NCBI GenBank assembly: GCA_964570535.1
Contig: CAZMYP010000002.1
Span: forward strand, 3,012 to 67,011
DNA from: an uncultured Herbinix sp.
GTDB taxonomy: Bacteria; Bacillota; Clostridia; Lachnospirales; Lachnospiraceae
Reading direction: 5' to 3'
DNA: 64,000 nt
A program made the translations under genes and the position numbers. This document shows, in pieces, positions 60,704 through 64,000 of the stretch. Every line of letters begins with the position of its first letter. The first letter of the stretch is position 1. The notes below the pieces were generated by a model. The model had not been told where the DNA came from, searched no databases, and worked only from the letters and a program-made list of their open reading frames with translations.

Positions 60704-61086
60704 AAACAATAGAAGTCGTAGCAGCGATTATCAAACATGAAGATAGGATATTAACGACTCAAAGGGGTTATGGTGAATTTAGGGGCTTCTGGGAGTTTCC
60801 TGGTGGAAAGATTGAGGCTGGTGAGACCCCACATGAGGCACTCATACGTGAAATAAAGGAAGAGCTTAATATTGACATATTAGTTGGGGACTTAGTAGGT
60901 ACTATTGAATATGATTATCCTGAATTTCATTTGACAATGCACTGCTTTATCTGCACATTTCTATCTGGAGAATTGCATCTAAATGAACATGAAGATTTAA
61001 AGTGGTTAACTAAGGAAACACTTAACAGTGTTACTTGGTTACCTGCTGATATAACTTTAATCAACAAAATAAAGGAGATCCTGTAA
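60700..61086 (+). CDS. MutT-like NUDIX hydrolase
   Basis: WEFPGGKIE.GET...AL.REI.EEL, WLPAD; ATGA overlap with the helicase gene. Confidence 0.93.
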   Translation: MKTIEVVAAIIKHEDRILTTQRGYGEFRGFWEFPGGKIEAGETPHEALIREIKEELNIDILVGDLVGTIEYDYPEFHLTMHCFICTFLSGELHLNEHEDLKWLTKETLNSVTWLPADITLINKIKEIL

Positions 61087-61116
61087 CAATACACTGTATT
61101 TTAATATTAAAAGCAA

Positions 61117-61545
61117 TTATTCATCCTCTCTTTGTATCTGCTCTAGCCTTTCATTTAACTGATCTGCCACCATTTTATTGTTCATAAAATGGGCTACATT
61201 GACTATAATATATACGACTGTAATGGATATTAGCATTATGAAGATGCTAGATGTATTATCAATACTAATCCACCTAAAATAAAAAGAACCACCTAGCACA
61301 ATTGAAACAATAGTAACAAAGTGTATAGTTTTTCTAATCAAGAGTTTTCTCTTGCTAAGCTCGTGGTTAGAATAATAAATAAAAGTGGCTAATGAACATA
61401 GGATGGAGAGCAGAATCGCCTGCCATAAAAATGAAGCAGTCAGAGAAGTATTAGGGGTAACAAAAGTAATAAATAAAGCCGAAGCAATTATCGTACAAGC
61501 GAGAATATATAAAAATAATAAAAAAATCCGTTTAATCCAGTCCAT
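61117..61545 (-). CDS. DUF3021 family membrane protein
   Basis: 4 TM, HF motif, C-terminal LN.RL; follows LytTR; start at ATG 61545 after GAGGAGG. Confidence 0.8.
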   Translation of the reverse strand: MDWIKRIFLLFLYILACTIIASALFITFVTPNTSLTASFLWQAILLSILCSLATFIYYSNHELSKRKLLIRKTIHFVTIVSIVLGGSFYFRWISIDNTSSIFIMLISITVVYIIVNVAHFMNNKMVADQLNERLEQIQREDE

Positions 61546-61549
61546 CCCA

Positions 61550-61653
61550 ATCCTCCTCAAAACAAAAGAAATATAAGTACACACAACGGAGGATTTATCC
61601 TCCTCAAAACAAAAGAAATATAAGTACACACAACGGAGGATTTATCCTCCTCA
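61550..61653. repeat. Perfect 47-bp tandem repeat (2.2 copies)
   Basis: atcctcctcaaaacaaaagaaatataagtacacacaacggaggattt starts at 61550 and 61597; partial copy at 61644. Confidence 0.93.
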
Positions 61654-61656
61654 TTT

Positions 61657-62094
61657 CTACAATCCTAATTTCTTCTTTAAATCAGGTACATACTGCCTAG
61701 AGATAATTACCTTTTCATCATTAAAAAGCAAGGCTTCAAAGCGACCTGAATATGCCGGTCTTACACACCTAATTGCTGTTATATTTAGTATTATAGATTT
61801 AGAAGCCCTAAAGAAATCAGTATTCTCGTATTGCTCTCCTATTTCATATAATTTCATCTTGGTTTCATAGACATCTTGCTTGGTATAGATAAACACCTTA
61901 TTATCTATACTCTCAAAATAATAGACATTCTTAGGATTGAGGACCGTTATGTTCCCATCCTTCATGCCAGTCAGCTTATTATCACCCATTTTCAGTTCTG
62001 AGATTAGCTTAAGAGCGGTGGCACTTAAATCATTACTTCTAATAATAATCTCTTCCTCATCACCAGGTTTAACATCCTCAATGGTTATCTTCAT
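61657..62094 (-). CDS. Stand-alone LytTR regulator
   Basis: YYFES.D.KVF.YT, KLYE, FFRASKS.ILN, ISRQYV..LK. Confidence 0.93.
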   Translation of the reverse strand: MKITIEDVKPGDEEEIIIRSNDLSATALKLISELKMGDNKLTGMKDGNITVLNPKNVYYFESIDNKVFIYTKQDVYETKMKLYEIGEQYENTDFFRASKSIILNITAIRCVRPAYSGRFEALLFNDEKVIISRQYVPDLKKKLGL

Positions 62095-62105
62095 AATCGA
62101 ATCTC

Positions 62106-63017
62106 CTACCTATCTAAAGCATTACGTTTCTTTAATATTATTGCAGATGTTATTATGAAAATTATACCACAAGCTAATAGAAATAACACCTTGATAATAT
62201 TAGAAATTGGTTGGTCATTCCAATTAATTGTGATTCCCATAAATCTGGAATATTCGTCGATTAATTGTTGCGGACAGTTTGAGAAGGTAGATTCTAGTGC
62301 TGACTCTGAGAATACGTCTCTTATCAGTGAGCTTCCATGAAGTAAGGGAATACATTTTAAAACTGTTTGAACCTTGGCAGGTAAGGAACCAATTGGAACA
62401 TATATTGTAGCAAGGAATCCTACCAGTGTTCCTACTATTACACTTAAGCCTGAGAAGGCACTTCTTCTTTGGATAAATATGGCCATAAATAAGCCCAAGC
62501 TAGCAAAGGTAAATACATTGACAATAATGAGTAGTAATACCTTTATTATCTGACCCAGCGAAAGGAGAGCCCCACCCATTAATACTGTTACTACCTGTGA
62601 AATAATAAATGTAAATGTGCACATTATGACACCGACTACAAAGGCAGCAGCAATATATGCCATAACAAAGAAACTTCTATTTAGTGGACTTACAAAGAAG
62701 CTGGACATCTTATTTGAATCTTGATCATCTACCATATTTCCCACCATTGCTAATGTTATAGTAACGGAATTTACAACAATAATTCCGGCCACAGACCATT
62801 GAATTATTAGATTCTTAGCGTTTTGTGTATCTCTTACTAGATCTCTGGTTCCCCCATGCTCCTTTAATAAAGAAAGGATTTGATCGACATTCATATTCCC
62901 TAGGAAGAGACTCATCAAGAGGATAATGATTAACATGGACAATAAGGAGAAAAACACATTGGCTTTTTCTCTGGAATACACTAATATATTACGTTTAACT
63001 AATCTTAGAAAGCTCAT
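62106..63017 (-). CDS. ABC-2 type permease
   Basis: 6 TM; F.VSP..R, GTLVGFL..IYVP.G.LP. Confidence 0.88.
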   Translation of the reverse strand: MSFLRLVKRNILVYSREKANVFFSLLSMLIIILLMSLFLGNMNVDQILSLLKEHGGTRDLVRDTQNAKNLIIQWSVAGIIVVNSVTITLAMVGNMVDDQDSNKMSSFFVSPLNRSFFVMAYIAAAFVVGVIMCTFTFIISQVVTVLMGGALLSLGQIIKVLLLIIVNVFTFASLGLFMAIFIQRRSAFSGLSVIVGTLVGFLATIYVPIGSLPAKVQTVLKCIPLLHGSSLIRDVFSESALESTFSNCPQQLIDEYSRFMGITINWNDQPISNIIKVLFLLACGIIFIITSAIILKKRNALDR

Positions 63018-63951
63018 TTATTCTTCCTCCCGTATTATTGTTATTCTTACTCTTAGCGGTTATATTTATAAATACATCATCCATAGTCCCTTGTATTACT
63101 TCAAAGGATGATAGAGAATCTCTAATTGAATCTAATATCTGTAACCCTTGAAGACTATTAGGAATATATACACGAATATGATTAGTTCTTTGCTCGAAGG
63201 GATAATTATTCTCAGACAAATAACTTATTACTTTATCCCTATTATTTGGTACCAGCTTCAGAATATCACTGGCGTACTGCTGCTTTAGCTGATAGGGTGA
63301 GCCCTCTGCTACTATCTTACCTGCATCCATAATGGCTATAGATTGAGCCTTGGCAGCCTCCTCCATGTAGTGAGTTGTAAGAAAGACTGTCATACCTAGC
63401 TCCTTTTTTAGGGTCTCGATGCTATCCCAAACATTTTGTCTAGTATTAGGGTCAAGTCCGGTTGTTGGCTCATCTAGGAATAGTATCTCGGGTGTATTCA
63501 TAAGTGACCTTGCTATTTCACATCTACGTTTTTGCCCACCGGATAGCTTGGAAAACTGCCGCCTAAGTATATCCTCTAATCCAAGAATATTGGAGACTCT
63601 ATCTAGATTTTCAAGTATAATATTTGTGTTTTTCTCATAAAGAGAGGCGCGAATCATCAAATTTTCTTTAACTGTAAGCTTGTCATCCAGTGAGTTTTCT
63701 TGAAATACTATACCTATCTTGCTCCTAATTGCCTTGTCCTCTTTTCCTAATCGATACCCGCATATACTTGCTTCTCCGCTGTTTTTACTAAGTAGAGTAC
63801 AAAGGATATTAATTGTTGTTGTCTTGCCTGCTCCATTTACACCCAAAAATCCATAAAGCTGTCCCTTCTGAACCGTAAAGCTTATATCATCAACTGCTTT
63901 AATATCTTGGAAATGTTTTTTTAGGTGGTCTACTTTGATTATTGCATCCAT
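62995..63951 (-). CDS. ABC transporter ATP-binding protein
   Basis: GVNGAGKTT, LSGGQKRR, LDEPTTGLD, TTHYMEEA. Confidence 0.95.
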   Translation of the reverse strand: MDAIIKVDHLKKHFQDIKAVDDISFTVQKGQLYGFLGVNGAGKTTTINILCTLLSKNSGEASICGYRLGKEDKAIRSKIGIVFQENSLDDKLTVKENLMIRASLYEKNTNIILENLDRVSNILGLEDILRRQFSKLSGGQKRRCEIARSLMNTPEILFLDEPTTGLDPNTRQNVWDSIETLKKELGMTVFLTTHYMEEAAKAQSIAIMDAGKIVAEGSPYQLKQQYASDILKLVPNNRDKVISYLSENNYPFEQRTNHIRVYIPNSLQGLQILDSIRDSLSSFEVIQGTMDDVFINITAKSKNNNNTGGRINELSKIS

Positions 63952-64000
63952 TTAGCTCTCCTTTTGCCGTTGTTTTCTAAATGAATAGTAAAGCAAAGAG

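Noticed and set aside
61550-61653. Possible mini-CRISPR array (hairpin repeats with spacers)
   Set aside because: The 'spacers' are identical, so it is a tandem duplication; no cas genes in the window.

Overview
A low-GC, spore-forming clostridial chromosome segment; gene content suggests Lachnospiraceae (inference). From left to right it holds a partial DUF4846-CapA lipoprotein gene, T-box-controlled metG, a DUF885 lipoprotein, a DUF6240-flagellin-fliS unit, and yaaL/bofA. Next come a complete Gram-positive Tad/Flp pilus locus (its 58-aa pilin is missing from the ORF track), glpK-rhomboid-flavodoxin/SCP2, an orphan histidine kinase, HIT, murG, an ABC-2 exporter, mtnN, a MoxR-DUF58-transglutaminase triad, spoIID and an MFS transporter. 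The right half holds a barnase/barstar pair, an NrtR-linked NAD operon, a VWA lipoprotein, GH5/GH16 beta-glucanases with an AraC regulator, an uncharacterised SPFH/zinc-ribbon operon, a SauUSI-like type IV restriction gene with NUDIX, and a LytTR/DUF3021/ABC module. There are two best candidates for new biology. (1) The pncA - prs-like - NAMPT-like - nadE - nrtR operon resembles a chromosomal, nicotinate-using variant of the phage NARP1 ADP-ribose-to-NAD pathway; the NAMPT-fold enzyme has Ala where the nicotinamide-selecting Asp lies. (2) A five-gene SPFH/zinc-ribbon/coiled-coil operon ends in an unannotated 53-aa FPEWDLHPP microprotein and sits divergent from a restriction gene. An 84-bp dispersed structured repeat and a 201-bp fold-back element were also found. 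No rRNA, tRNA, CRISPR array or transposase was seen. All family calls come from motif recognition, not database searches.
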